A stretch of DNA of 62,694 bases, counting the filler, from Rhabdomonas costata (Eukaryota), in NCBI GenBank assembly GCA_019059605.1. It is 32 parts of 32 records of this genome, joined end to end, with 100 filler letters (N's around TTAATTAATTAA, not from the genome) between each part and the next. Parts side by side here need not be neighbours in the genome. Positions count along the whole stretch, not along the records: positions 9,834 to 11,694 come from JAHMHO010008068.1; positions 11,795 to 13,655 come from JAHMHO010008069.1; positions 13,756 to 15,616 come from JAHMHO010008070.1; positions 15,717 to 17,577 come from JAHMHO010008071.1; positions 17,678 to 19,538 come from JAHMHO010008072.1; positions 19,639 to 21,499 come from JAHMHO010008073.1; positions 21,600 to 23,460 come from JAHMHO010008074.1; positions 23,561 to 25,420 come from JAHMHO010008075.1; 24 more parts are not named here. One strand, given 5' to 3'. Shown piece by piece: positions 11,310 through 25,039 of this stretch (the stretch's first letter is position 1; each line of letters begins with the position of its first letter). The notes under the pieces were generated by a model. The model was not told where the DNA came from, searched no databases, and saw nothing but the letters and a program-made list of their open reading frames with translations. The translations under genes were made by a program, and so were the position numbers.

Positions 11310-13755
11310 CTGCAGGAGGCTCTGCTCGCAAACGGCATACCAATGACAACCCAACGGCGCGGAAGGCGGAGAGAGAGACGCAGGGGTGTGTGGGAAATCC
11401 ACTTAACTCCACTCCACTCCATTAACTCCATTTGGATTTGGGGGACAAAGGGCTTAAAAAAGTTAGAAAGCGACTGGCAACCCGGCAAGTGCGGCTGCCC
11501 AAAAACACACACAAAAACACCCGCAACTCCGTTTAGCTAAATTAAAAGACGCTTCAAGGGGGTTTTAGTTCAAAAACATGTGCCCGTTCCATTCAAATCC
11601 ATTATCTCCGCAAGACGGACACCGCCAACAGCTGTCCCGTTGGTTGCGCATCCAATCTTTTCCCAAGGTACTGGGCCAGCGTCCTGGCGCCTCCNNNNNN
11701 NNNNNNNNNNNNNNNNNNNNNNNNNNNNNNNNNNNNNNTTAATTAATTAANNNNNNNNNNNNNNNNNNNNNNNNNNNNNNNNNNNNNNNNNNNNGGTTTT
11801 TGTTTTCTTGTGAATAGTACTGGAATATGGGGCGGACCATCTCTCCCATGTCTCTTTTTGAACGGTCTCCACAATTCATCCTGCTTCGTCACTTGGGATA
11901 CCAGTTATAACCTGAAGGCGCACTGTTACCCAGGCAAAACAAGATGGGGCTGCTGATTGGTGCGAGAATTGTCTCCCGCATATCTCCCGCAGCTGTTTTC
12001 AGCTAGCAAATGTTCCTGTTTTCGGTCCTTCCAAAGGGAAGAAAAACGCAGGAGCATTTATGGGACACCCAGATCAGACTTCATGTGTCTTCGTGTCAAA
12101 GATACCAAAAGATGGGAAAGCCTCAAAGGCTAAATTCGGACTTTCAAAGGCACACACGCGCAATGGAACCCCAAGAAGAAAGGTCTTGTGCACTGGGACT
12201 CCGCTTGGGGTTAATCATACCTACATTTCGTTGACGTGCATCCAAAAAGACGACCTTGTATGCCATTCGAAGCTGCAAGCCGCAGCTGCAGGCTTACGAG
12301 TTATGAACCGGGGTCGGGTGTGCATGAGTTTAAGGAATGTTCAATGGACCTGCTGAGTAAAAAACAAACTGACATCCACTCTCCACAACACTGCAATACC
12401 ACTCTGGCGTTCGATTGACCTTTGCACCGTTCCTAACCTTACATGTCGGAAAGGGGGGGGGGTGCAGAACCAAGGCTTCGTAGAAATGGGCAGTGTTCAG
12501 TCTGCGTCGGACATGCTGGAGTACTACCGCAGCCAGGTTCCCGCCCTCCCTTCCCTCCCTCCATTGCACCTAAAATCTTGCAATGTCTCCAAGCTTTGTG
12601 GGCTCACTGCGACGGGAGCCCAATCGAGGAGCGAGGCCCACACTTGGAGAGCAAGAGATACTCCAGCATTGAGTTGACCAACAGTTTCCCAGCCTCTGGC
12701 CTCCAAAGTTGTACAGAAACATTGGACAAATTTTTGGCTGGGGCACAGGTCATTTGAGAGTGGGTCCCTCTCTGCCTAGGCTGTCTGACTTCCGCAGCAG
12801 CCGCAAGCATAATACAGCGGAAGCGTGATTTAGATTTCAAGCAAAGCCCCATCATTAGTATAATGGCTATAATAAAAAAATTGATGAGATTGGCCAAGAA
12901 AGCCCACCTCAATACCTCAATGAAAGGCCAAAGCTCCGGTGGAGTGTAGCCATCTTTCACAGACCGGCACAGGGTAATCAATCGAGACGCATGGGGAAGA
13001 GACGCAAAGATGTGGGTCAGATTCTGCAGTCTTCGGCGTACTTCGAGGCGGTCCGAGGAATGCAAGGCGACCTGACTTTGCTCCTCGTCACCTTTTGGGT
13101 GAGGTTGCATGCAAGGCAATTCAAAGCAGTTCCAAACTCAATCCAGCCTCTGCTCTGCATACCACACAATTGACAACAGGAGGCCACTAAGTTTATCAAG
13201 AAAAGTTGCTCAGTGCTTCTCGTTAGTAATATTCCGCTGTCTCGCGGTGCTTCTCCCGTAAGCATCTGCTCTCTTTTTCTGCAGAGCTCCAACCCAATTA
13301 TCCGCGGGGAAGCTGTTGATGTGCAGTTTTCCTCCCGCTCGCACATCTCCAAGAAAGAAGAGGTCTGTGCGTGCATCCTCAACTGTCTCACTTGTCACCG
13401 TCCCCCTTATCTCTTGCTATTCGCTGCTGAAGGGGGGTTTCCTCATGCAGTTCATTTGGGACAAGGTGGGGAACTAGCTGGTGAGAGGTGACGGATGGTT
13501 CTCAGTGGTCATCTCAAGCTTTGCTACAAGAGCAAGACTCTGGTCAGTCGTGCACTCCCAAACAACGCCTGGGGGAAGTCCTGGTAAGGGTGAGGCCAGG
13601 GTTGCGGTTGTTGGACCATGAATATGGGTTCGCGTCGATTTCGATCCCACACAAANNNNNNNNNNNNNNNNNNNNNNNNNNNNNNNNNNNNNNNNNNNNT
13701 TAATTAATTAANNNNNNNNNNNNNNNNNNNNNNNNNNNNNNNNNNNNNNNNNNNN

Positions 13756-14151
13756 GGTGTTGTGTCGTGGAGTGTATCCCAAACCCTGCAACTGAGTGTC
13801 CCAACCACCCATATACCCATATACCATATACCCATATACTGGGTCCATTTCGAGATCAAGTATTCGTGGGCTTCCGGAATCTGAGGCAGAGGACCGTTGA
13901 ATGCCCACACAAAGCCATCGCTTGATGGAGCCAAACGCAAAACTCGACAGAAACACCGGCAAGAAAAGTATAAGATACCCTTCCGTGTTCTTCCAGGCCC
14001 TTCCTCTTTCTCTCTATCTCACGCTCTTTTTCTAACTAATGATAATGTAACAAGAAAATAAGAAAGCTCAGATTTAGCCGGGGAAACACGATCCGTCATG
14101 AAAGGAGACACTGAGTTGCAGGGTTTGGGATACACTCCACGGCACAACACC
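13756..14151. repeat. 45-bp inverted repeat starting at the contig start
   Basis: 13756-13800 is the reverse complement of 14107-14151 with 2 mismatches. Short CCCATATA-like repeats lie inside. Confidence 0.85.
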
Positions 14152-14761
14152 ACACAGTTTGATTGAAAACACAGCTGTACAGCTACAAAGACAGGTGTGC
14201 GTTGCAATTGAAAATGAAAAACTCAACCCAAACTCCGAACCCTGGGGCCCGAAGGGGAAGAAGAAGAGGGAGAAGAAACATCACAATGTCAATGATTACG
14301 GAAGGCCTTCCGACAGGGTGACAGCAGGTTACCTATGCCCGTGGCACTCCGCTGTGCAGTCCAGCATGAGCATCCTGAAAAGGCAACCAAGCACCACGAA
14401 TCCCACCGATAACAGACCAAAGGTCAGGCCAGTGCTGGATAATCCTGAATCCGAATGGGCACGCTGCAGCACTTTGAGCCTGGGTAGAGGATACCTAGCG
14501 CCGCGGTTTTATTAACCATCGGTAAGCACTCGGAAAAAGGCTGCATACCTCTCATCAACAAAACGCATGAGAAAAAGATTTTGACCCTTTTGCTATAGGA
14601 GAAATCCTAGAATCCATCATACATCGCCATTCCATTTTCATTTATTTTCCCAGCCAAATTATGCATGGTAAGTTGGGGGAGGAGACAACAGGTAGAACAA
14701 ATCTGGTGCAAGACGGGGTTCAACCAGCTGCGCCCTAGGGGAAGCGGGTGAGCACAGGAAC

Positions 14762-14851
14762 CTGGAGGCAAGCCATTCCGCAGAAAATATCGCTGTGGAG
14801 CAGGAAAACCCTTTCATTGATGCACTGCTTGCACTTGGCACACGTGAAACA
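14762..14851 (-). CDS. LIM/FCS-like zinc-finger exon
   Basis: 90-nt exon cag|CFTCAKCKQCINERVFLLHSDIFCGMACLQ|gt with CFxCxxC...FCxxxC spacing. Confidence 0.55.
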
Positions 14852-15779
14852 CTGCAAGTCAAAAAAAGGAACCACTACCACAACAGAAATAAAGGAAGGA
14901 CACAAATGCCAGCAGGGCGAGACACTTTTCGTTTTCCACACACACATTTAGTACACTTGAGCATCGCGACTTTTTTCTGCAGTTCCGGTGCCATTTCATT
15001 TCTGTGCCATTGTCCGTTGGTTTGATTCGTTGCAGATACTTTCCTACTTTGCGTTGAACCCGTGAGGCAAATAATCATTAAAGAACCAAAAGCTAGTCAT
15101 GCCCTCCAAACTCAGAAATTGGCCGCCAGAAATTTCAGTCAAAGTATCACCAATTCTCACCGTGTGTTAAATCTGTTAAAAACGTCTTCGTCATTTCAAA
15201 AAATCACAACCGGCAATCTAAATCAGGCATTTGCGGCACTTCATACATGGAAGCTGGATGGGCTTTGGAGGGCTAAGCCGAAGCAGGTATGGGGTCTTTC
15301 GTATATACAGCAGGCCTCCCGAAACGCTCCGTGGCCGGTCTTTGTTTCCTGACCTTTCACCCTCGGCCGATGGTGGCGCCCCTTGGCGGCTCTTTCGTAC
15401 TCCTTTTCCGCTTCTTGCCCCAGGCAGCGGAGGGTTTCACGACGCCACCCACAACGTAAGCGCATCAAAAACTTGATAAAACCCTGCATCAAATTAAGTC
15501 CATACATTGGGGTGCCAAACTTTCTCAAAGGCTTGCCGAGCAGTCAGCAGAACAGGCCGACCGCACGCCGCACAGGACCCTGAGCAGAACCCCGCCCACT
15601 CTCACCAACACAACCANNNNNNNNNNNNNNNNNNNNNNNNNNNNNNNNNNNNNNNNNNNNTTAATTAATTAANNNNNNNNNNNNNNNNNNNNNNNNNNNN
15701 NNNNNNNNNNNNNNNNGGGTTTGGGTATCACCAACCCACGCACGACTTATCAAACCATAATCATTGCAGGGTGCAGCGG

Positions 15780-16290
15780 AGGTGACTTCTCAATCGATTT
15801 AAGCATCGGCACGATACCCGAGCAATCCGTTTTGCACTTGCTTGAGGCATTTCTGCCCCAGTGAGCCAGGTTTCAGTTTTCGAATCTGGTTAGCTTGGCT
15901 TTTGGTTTTTTATTATTGGTGTGAAAGCGATCAAGGAAATGGAAACCGGCACCAAAGAAACTAAATTTCACGGAAGCAAATGTCATCGTTCCAATAAAAA
16001 TCTTACCGTTAAAATGACACGCGAATAACCAACACTACGCGAAATTCGGATTTCGAAATTGGGAAAAGAATCGTATTAACCAGTTGTGTCAGGTGAACCG
16101 CAGCTTTCACGAAACTCTTGAGACAGGTTCAGCCTTGTGGGTGACCTTCCGGGACTTTTCTATCGATTCCAAGCCCTGCAGGGCCATCACCACGATCCCG
16201 GAGCAATCCAAACGGCAGCTCTGCACGGCCCGCAAAGCTTCTGAAAGACAAGGTTTCAGTTTCGAGTCCGGTAAGCTTGGTTATTATTTT
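15780..16290. repeat. Diverged local direct duplication (~15780-15900 vs ~16140-16290)
   Basis: Shared blocks gactt..atcgatt..cacgat.cc.gagcaatcc...ggtttcagttt(t)cga.tc.ggt.agcttgg. Confidence 0.6.
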
Positions 16291-17066
16291 TGCCTAGATC
16301 ACTTGCACCTCAACTTCACCTGAATCTCAACTTCTCAGCGTCAGCGATGTAGGCCATGACCATTTGCGACTTTTGGGACGTTCTCTGGGGCACATATGTA
16401 CAGCCCCTTCTGGTTTCTCAAGACCGGGTTGAGCATCACGCATCACGGGGGAACGCACAAGACATTTTGCTGTCTTCCCGTCCTCTCCCGGGCACACGGA
16501 ATAAAGTCCAAATGGATGTCTTCACCTCGAAATTTTGGTCACTTCATTTCACCTCCAACAAAGGAACCGCTTGCTATTTGAAAATCAGATGTGTGAACGT
16601 TTCGTTGCCCCTATCCGCTAAACACTCCAAGCTTCAACAACATGAGCAATCCTGCAATGTAATTCACCAAGTAACAGCAGCGAGCCAGTCAAGTGGGCGT
16701 CCTAAGGGTGTTGCATGAGACCGTCCCTACTGCGCGAAGCTCCACGTGACTCCAAGGCGGCGAATAAGAAAGCCTGCGAAGAACAGAAAGAACAGAAAAA
16801 AAAAAACCGAGCAAAATCCCCTCATACAACTTCCAAAGCGCTGTGTTCGGGTGCAGGAAAACTCATGAGCAGAGCTATTTCATGGTTTACCTTCGACCAC
16901 TCTTTTTGCATGAACAGGCACAACACTCACCGCGGTTACAGCCGATTGTGTAGGATAGGCCTCTCTTGATTCCTCAGCGCTACGAAGAAATTCACTTTGT
17001 ACAATCACTCCACTAACATACGCCCAAAAGAAAACACTCCGTCACAAGAAGGAAGCGCGGTCAAAC

Positions 17067-17497
17067 CGATAAAGTGTATTCTCTTCCGTCTTCTCCTTCA
17101 GCCAGTCCAGCACCCGCAGCCCAAAGTCGAAGCAGACCTGATATTGCCTGCCGGAAACAGAAATGGCAGGCCCTCTCTTAACATGAAGGGGGCAGAAGTC
17201 ATACATTGCAGGCAACGCGGAAGCCAAAATGGATGCGGTATTGAGTTCGCGATTATTCATCGCAAATGCACGACACAACAGGCAACACGTCAGCTCCTAG
17301 AACGTCAAACGGACGCAAACCAACATTTTTCGGAGAGCTTGACACAAAGCAAATCACAGATGCAGTCATTACTTCCTTTAACAACGGAAGACACCAGTGG
17401 GCGGAAGCAGCCTTGCAGAGCTCGCGGGGGGTGGTCGAGTCTATCTTTACCACGGCCCCCTCCCTGGAGCGGTACCCAATCACCACCTTCGGGATCG
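17067..17497 (-). CDS. DXO/RAI1 family decapping exonuclease, C-terminal exons 17497-17395 and 17147-17067
   Basis: Spliced IPKVVIGYRSREGAVVKI...W|QYQVCFDFGLRVLDWLKE matches the RAI1/DXO pattern VPxIVVGFR...W...VCxxF...FLxWL. Confidence 0.7.
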
Positions 17498-19057
17498 CTG
17501 TGAACACAGCATAGGCAGAGGGGCACAATACAACGGTTATGCAAAAGCTGCGCGTGCCGACACAAGGACCCAAACAANNNNNNNNNNNNNNNNNNNNNNN
17601 NNNNNNNNNNNNNNNNNNNNNTTAATTAATTAANNNNNNNNNNNNNNNNNNNNNNNNNNNNNNNNNNNNNNNNNNNNGGTTGGTGGTCCCATGCAGAAGC
17701 ACACGAAGTACACGAGAGGCGGTGTGCGTTTTTGTATGGAAAGGGCGAAGGGTATACTCAGCCAAGTAAGTGACTTGCTCCCACATATACACCGTGGCGG
17801 GAAGGGGAAGAAGCGGGGCGGGGGGCAACTCGGAACACTCGGAACATCGCCGAACCCCACCCACAAGCACAGCAGGGGGAGCAGACGCCCTGTGCGGCTG
17901 GCCGTTCAGATGCAAAGCAAGCGTAATCGCTGGCCAAGGGATATCACGCCGTGTGGAACGCGAACATGCCACGCGGCAACGGTAAAACTGAGGTCCCGGA
18001 GGCTACAGCTCCTCCCAACACGTCAACCTCTTAGCCCGTTTTTTTCTGTGCTCGAACAGCAATGTGGTATATACCGTGAGAGAGTGAGGTAACAGAACAG
18101 ACGTAAGAACATAGCATCAGACCACGGACTCGTCCTGACGAGCGTAAGATCGCGGACCAAGGGGGCGGAACTGCAGCTGTGTGCTTGGGCAGGAGCTCTA
18201 CAGGACGTCAAATGAAAGAAACGAAACAAGAGCACAGCAAGAAAACAAGACACGTTTGCTTATGTGATTGCCAAAGGACAAAAATAACGAGCGCTGGGGC
18301 AGTGCGAAGAGTCACCGCTTCGTTTGGCAAAAGGTTCAGGCACAGAATCACAAGGCAATCTGGAAGGCGATAAAAAAAACAAGAACGCACACAACCCCCG
18401 CCGAAGAGGCCAATAAAGAGAATACTTAGGAAACCTCCCCGGGCTCATCCTCCCCGTCGGGTGCTCCACCGACCCCACCAGGCCGCTTTCTGCCTCGGCT
18501 GGTCAACACCCGCCAGCGGGTTCCACAAGCCTCGCACGTAAAATGATTGTAACCCTGAGGCAGCGAAAGAAAAGGGATCACCATAAGGGTAACGGCAACA
18601 CAAGGTTTGCCAGATGTGTGGCACAGGCCCTTCTGCTCCGCTGCGCGGGGCCAGGAGTTATTATCTATCGAAACGCCACCAAAATTTTGCAGATGGCGCA
18701 AGATGGCGCCAGATAGCGTCTCGGCAGATACCCAACACAAACGTGCCATCTGTTGCCAGATGACACAAACCCTGCGCACGAAATAAAAAAGGGCCCGTCT
18801 CAGCAAAACCCGGCACAAAGAATTTTCACCCCAAATCTCGGGCCCAGGTTCACATCCTCTTCGACCCCAAAACACCTAGAGGGTGCTTGAGGTGGGTCTT
18901 CTGTACACGTGTGCTGCGCTGGAGTTGGTTGGCCGGTGGTACACATACGCTGGCTGATGGCTTGGGTCCCTTGGGTTGGGTTGAGTTACTTGGCTCACGC
19001 TCACCTCCAGAGCCTTCTGCCACGATGGTGGCACGGGATATCGGCTCACCGCCAGTT

Positions 19058-19152
19058 TAATACAATAATAATACTATACTATAATAGTATAATAATAAAT
19101 AGTAGTAAATAATAAATAGTATTAATAAATAATGTATTAATAAATATAATAC
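19058..19152. repeat. AT-rich low-complexity (AAT/TAG-like) tract
   Basis: Read directly from the sequence. Confidence 0.85.
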
Positions 19153-20287
19153 TTTGCCGGATCTCTGTTGCCTTCTGTTGCCTGCCAAGTCAGGTTCCTG
19201 GTTCGCGAGCGGCCTGCTACCCTGTTACTATCTGTATGTGTGCGCGGAGAGCTTTAAGTGGGTGATCGACAGTAATGTTATGTGTAGGGAGGGATGTCCA
19301 GCAATTTCCATAGCGAAAAAAGCAATGGTCGCTCGAACGAAGGCATTCTAACTCTCAATAGTCACACCACTGCCACCCCTCTGAAGACTCGACTGTGTGG
19401 ACAGGCCCAAGTAACGAGGACAGGCAATTCTGACAGACGATAACCAACACTCCAGAGCCTTTGAAATGATATTGGGTGCCGCCGGTGTCGCAGTCAGTGC
19501 GGAAGACGGAGAGAAAAACAAGAAGACCACCAAAAACCNNNNNNNNNNNNNNNNNNNNNNNNNNNNNNNNNNNNNNNNNNNNTTAATTAATTAANNNNNN
19601 NNNNNNNNNNNNNNNNNNNNNNNNNNNNNNNNNNNNNNTTTTGTGGGGTACTTTCATGTCTCTGTTACAATGCCTCGGCCGCTATGTGTAAAGGCCATGA
19701 AAGTACCCCGGAAGACCAGCTGAAGCAGCAGGAAAAAAAGGTGGAAGAGGTGGAAGTAACCGCAACTCACACAGGTGGTTTGGGAGGACTCCAGGAACAA
19801 TGATCCCATGTTGAAATATTTTCTGGATTTCTTTTCTACAATTCTTTCTGCATTTTAGGGCTGGGTCCACTGCAAATAGCACAATGCCCTTCCACAGCTA
19901 AAAGCGTCAAGCGTTTTCACACTTTGAGTGTGTCAGGGACTCCCTTCAGATCCAGTGATTTCACTCCACTTGCTTAACTGACGCGTGGGGTAAAATCACC
20001 CAGCGCAGCGAGACACGGACTACACGGACGGAACGAGTCTGGCATGCCGTACGCGTCACCTGGGCCTTGCTTGTCGCTCTAAAAATTAAATTTTTTAGCG
20101 TTGTACAGAGTCGGTGACACACACATTGCAAATTTTTTGCACGAATTTGCCTTTTGCTTTGCATTTTGGTCTCCCCAATAGGCATTTTTCCCAGCCCTGA
20201 GTCACGGTGCCAGCCGCCACGGTTGAAGCACCGGTTGAACTGGCTGCACCCGTACAAACAAACATCAAACAAAGGGGTTCAGCGATG

Positions 20288-20327
20288 TATATATAACGCC
20301 AGGGTTTTAGGGTTGTGGTTTCCATAG
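20288..20327 (+). promoter_or_regulatory. TATA-like TATATATAA, telo-box-like AGGGTTTTAGGGTT and a candidate trans-splice acceptor (ttccatag) upstream of RPL12
   Basis: The motifs lie at 20288-20296, 20301-20314 and ~20320-20327, 20-60 nt before the ATG. Function is inferred. Confidence 0.35.
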
Positions 20328-20346
20328 CCGCTGCTTTTCCACAAGA

Positions 20347-21499
20347 ATGCCTCCCAAGTTCGACCCCAATGAAACCAAGATTATTTTTGTTCGCTCGGTG
20401 GGTGGTGAGGTTGGAGCCACGTCCAGCTTGGCGCCCAAAGTTGGCCCCCTGGGGCTGAATGCAAAGAAGATCGGTGAAGGTTTGAATGTTTCTCCCTTCC
20501 CTTTGTTTGGTTGTTTTCCGTTTTGATGTATGTTTGAATGTTTGTTGTCCACTTTTCAACCCAAATTTTTCCTTCTTTTTTTGAACCTGCATCCTTCCTT
20601 GTTTACCGTTTTCTCGTATCTTTCCGCTCTCAGACATTATGAAGGCTAGCAAAGACTGGAAGGGAATCCGCATCCAAGCCAAGCTCACCATCAAGAACAG
20701 GGTTGCCACCGTCGAGGTGATGCCAACTGCTTCCGCCCTGGTCATTCGCGCTCTGAAGGAGCCCCCTCGTGACAGGTCTCACAGGACAAATAGATCTGAG
20801 GGGAAATGAGGGGCCACCTTTCCCACAACGTCCCTCTGTGTCCTCTCCTCCCCCACAACCTTACGCAGAATTACAGCTGATCTGCAAAAATTTGCCACGA
20901 AACCTCAAGTGCAAGGGTTAATGACACTCATAAGGTGATAAGGTTTCCGAGAAAGGCTGTACGTTACGAATCCCCAAATCTTGAGTAAAAGAATGTCATT
21001 TATGTCGCCATTTCAGTGCGGCGTTGGAAGATACCTGTACCAACGAGCGCGCTGTTGAAATGAAACTTAAGCCATTTTTTTACCAGGAAATGTTGCTTCT
21101 AAGGCAAAAGCGCCACCTTTGGCAATCTAAAATACTCTCACTTTTAAAGTGGCGCGGGCGAGATATATGCCACATCAGGGTCACGAAGTGAGAAACCCGG
21201 ACCTGCAAACTTGGACAGTCACCCTGGGATCTTTCCTTGGGGACCGCCCGAGTTTAGCTGTCCGGCGCATTTTTTGGGTGGATGGGGCGTTGTCTCATGG
21301 GATCCTTTTATTTTACATGCTGATCTGTAGAGGAAGGAAGCAGGTCACTCAGGTGGTCAATTTAAGGTGCCATCCTTTTGCGAAAATGCAGTCTTTCGGA
21401 GCATAGTATAGTTGCATGACGACCTGCAATTACTACGAAATACCATGTGGCCCTTTCTACAGGAAGAAGGTGAAGAACGTGAAGCACGATGGAAACAAA
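20347..21499 (+). CDS. RPL12: 60S ribosomal protein L12 (uL11), exons 20347-20479, 20634-20775, 21463 to contig end
   Basis: Spliced [107 protein letters not shown] introns at 20480-20633 and 20776-21462. Confidence 0.98.
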
Positions 21500-24400
21500 N
21501 NNNNNNNNNNNNNNNNNNNNNNNNNNNNNNNNNNNNNNNNNNNTTAATTAATTAANNNNNNNNNNNNNNNNNNNNNNNNNNNNNNNNNNNNNNNNNNNNA
21601 GAAAAGGTGGTGGGATGTCTAATTTGCTCACATTTAATACAAATGGAAAGTTGCTTACTTTTGTGTCAATATTTTTTCTCCATCCTATTTCGTTTTCCCA
21701 AGTGTTCTTATCATTTAAGGGCGCTTCGTCTTGCTTGCGTCTCTGCCGAAATAATGAATCCATTGTTTTTATAGCACTAGAAAGCACTAAAGCTCTACAA
21801 ATAACAAAAGAAATCAACTCTTGCAATAGAACTTCGCGCCTAGTTGGGTGTTTTCAGATCACGAAGCGGCAAAAAGGATCGATGAAACTTTTGGTATTTT
21901 TGTGCTTCGGATTTCTGCCTAGGTGTTGGTGTTTGGTCCATCTTTTTATACACCTGGTAGATTGGGTTTTATTTGTTGACTTGTTGAACCCATTTGTCAA
22001 CCCTTCGCAACACCCGCCCAACATGCTTCGCTGGTGAACGTGGTTTGTTTTACCTTGTTTCCATGGCAACGCGTTGTTGTCGTTCACCAAGCCGCGGACG
22101 CGGAGGACTCCCCGGTTTCCCCCCTGCCCAGGAGGAAATCGAAGTAGGCGGTAAGGTTTCTTTCTCCAGGACGCTGGAACCGCGACCCAGATTGCGACCG
22201 TACGAACCACGTACGACCGTGGGGAGTATGAGTGGGGATAGAGTATGCGTAAGCGGCTTATGCCCGTGGAGCATACGAACCATCACATTTATGAAATATA
22301 AAAGCATCGTCAGATGCGAGTATAAGACCAGCAAATAACTAGGGGCCCCACGAATACACGCAGTATATGAGTGGGGGTGGTATCATGTCCATTTGGATTC
22401 ACGGAGTTTACCAACAAATGGAGAATATCAAACCAAAGAAACTACTCGATTCAACAATTCTGCATTTGATCGCAAACGGTGCTTGCGATTAGAAGAATTA
22501 ATTCAGAGAACCGGACTTTCCAAATCGACTCCGCCAAACGGGTATAGAATAAGCGGCACGTCCATCGGCCTAGCCCGTATTTACATAAATACTGTGATGA
22601 AGGGTCGTCAAAGGTAATTATGGTGATGGCATCTGCACCAAAGGGAAGGAAGAGGAAAGACATCGTGCGTGCGTCATTTAGTCTTTATGATGTCAATTGC
22701 TGCGATCGGAGCCTTTTGAAAAGGTAGTCTTCTAAGAAACTATTTTTATATAGCTTCATCTTTGCAGGTGTGCTAACTAAACTGAAACTAGCATGTTCTG
22801 CGTTTGGCAATGAGTTTTCATGGCTGCTTGCCGTGGAGGTTTGGCTGGTTGACGCACACGCTTTTCAAATGTGATAATTGTGACCCCAACCCACCTAAGC
22901 GTGCTTAAACTGGATTTTCTTGTCTGTTTGCGATTGGTATTGTGATTTTCGCCTGCCATAACCCTTCCCTTTCAAGTATGATTGCATGTGACCTGAAGCC
23001 TCCAGCGTCAGAATGGGCACATTGTTTGAGTTGTCTGTTTGAACGTGGGATGTGTGCCAATGCGTAGCATTGTTTCAATGGCAAACCTGATATGTGCGGC
23101 ATTGTGTGGCAAAACATTGTCGCACTGCTGATTAGGCTTTGTTTGTTGTGCTGTTTTAATGATCTATGATGGAACTACGATGGCCCAGTTGAATGTCCAG
23201 ACAAGCCATTGATGGACAGAAGTTTCTGAGAATATGCTGGGGAAATTCTGTTTATGGCCTAAGATCTGTTTCTGGTATGTATATGAACTATTTGCAATTT
23301 ATTGTTTCGAAGTGTGAATTCTATTATTCTTTTTTCCATAAAAACCCTGCCTTCTCTATAAATCACCACGAAAATGTGCTTTGCACGTAAAATGTCAGAA
23401 AGTTCGTTCCTTGAAAACCTATAATTGGATTGATTCAGATCTTAGTACCGAAGAGAAAAANNNNNNNNNNNNNNNNNNNNNNNNNNNNNNNNNNNNNNNN
23501 NNNNTTAATTAATTAANNNNNNNNNNNNNNNNNNNNNNNNNNNNNNNNNNNNNNNNNNNNGTGTGGTGGGGGAGGGGAGGAAAACACTCTGCAAATTCAA
23601 ACCCATCGCCCTCCACAAACAACGCAATTTAAACAGCGGCAACATTGTTTTCATGAGTGCGGTTCAAATCTTACCCGTCTCCACAACGCACCCCCTTTCC
23701 TCTCTTCCTGGACACAAGAACGCGCAAGAACGTGAGCGCCTTTTTCCTTTCCTAATGCTAGGCTACTACACCGTATATCTCGGCATTGTCCTTGTCACTT
23801 TGGCTTTGCACTGCTTTTGGGGTCTCTCCTGCAGTGGCTTCTGTATGGTATGCAAAATCAATAGAGGTACCAACCCCCTGCTTTGCCGGCCAGAAACTAC
23901 GCAACCAGTCTCTGCAGGATCAACGTTCAACGTTGGTACTTTGTTCTCTCTTTCTTCGCGGTTTCGGGCGTTGGATCGCTGCGGTATCATTTGTGCCGCC
24001 TCGACTTCATGCTCTCTGCGCGGTGCAAGGCATCAGATCTTGCGGCTGTCTAGCAGCTGGCAGCAAGCCGAACTCGGCACAGCACCACACACAGCAGAAG
24101 GCCGCGACTCGAGCAAATACGAAGGAGACAAAACTCGCAACACCCACAACCTGTTGTCGCCCCTTCACACAAAATTATTCAATTCTCAAGCGAAGATCGG
24201 CATTCCAGCATTAAATATTACACTCAAAAGGATATACCAACAACAACCAGAAAAGAGCAAGGGCAATAAACCTGGAACGCCACAAAACTACGCCACCGCC
24301 CCCTGAGGTTTAGGGAGGGGCAAACGCAGGACGGAATCAATGAAAGCGGTTGGCCGCGGAAAAAAAGGAACAGAAATGGCAATGAGCCTCAGACATGCTC

Positions 24401-25039
24401 CGAGGAAGCTGGCATTTGTAATGTGAGCAACCTCAACGAAAATAGAGAGTGTCATACATTACCTTCGACGGACGCACCCACATAAGACAAATAACAATGG
24501 AACAAAAAATTCGCTTGTGCAAAAAGCTGCAGGTGGGCAAAGCTAGGCAGTCACAATCGATCATGCAGTCTGAAAATAAACAAAGTTGATTTAAATTAAG
24601 CCTTCTTCAGCTGTAGCTGGACGCGGAGCTGGGCATCTCTAAAGAGAAAGAAAAAAAAACGAAAAGCAACGCGTGCGGAGAAATCATGGCGCGAGATTAA
24701 GCAAATTGACCACAGCATTACAAGTAAACGCACGAGCGTAGAATCGGATCGTGCTAAAACATGGCACAAAAACATCACAAAGCGCCCTCATTGGGATCAT
24801 TCGGAAGTCCAATGAGACAGGGGCCCAATACAAGCAAAAAGGTAGGTGTATGCGGGTGCATATCGGGAAAGCCTGTGTTTAGCAGAGCCACAAAAATCCC
24901 ACTATTGGGACTAACTGCCTTGACTGAACCTCTTTTCACAGGCATGCCAATACTTTCCTCCACACAAACAGAAAACATGAAAGGCGGTTAAAGGGAAAAA
25001 AGACAGGGCAAAAAATGGGGTCGGGTTGCGGGAAGCACA

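Noticed and set aside
12330-13400. Possible tyrosine-recombinase retrotransposon remnant
   Set aside because: Only vague resemblance, with no intact catalytic motif.
20095-20745. 216-aa minus-strand ORF
   Set aside because: It is the antisense shadow of RPL12.
20776-21462. RPL12 intron 2 as a non-conventional (end-paired) euglenid intron or snoRNA host
   Set aside because: The borders are canonical GT-AG, end pairing is weak, and there are no clear boxes.
23563-24306. Longest ORF in the track (247 aa)
   Set aside because: It has no domain and no GC3 bias like the real exons, so it is probably a chance ORF.
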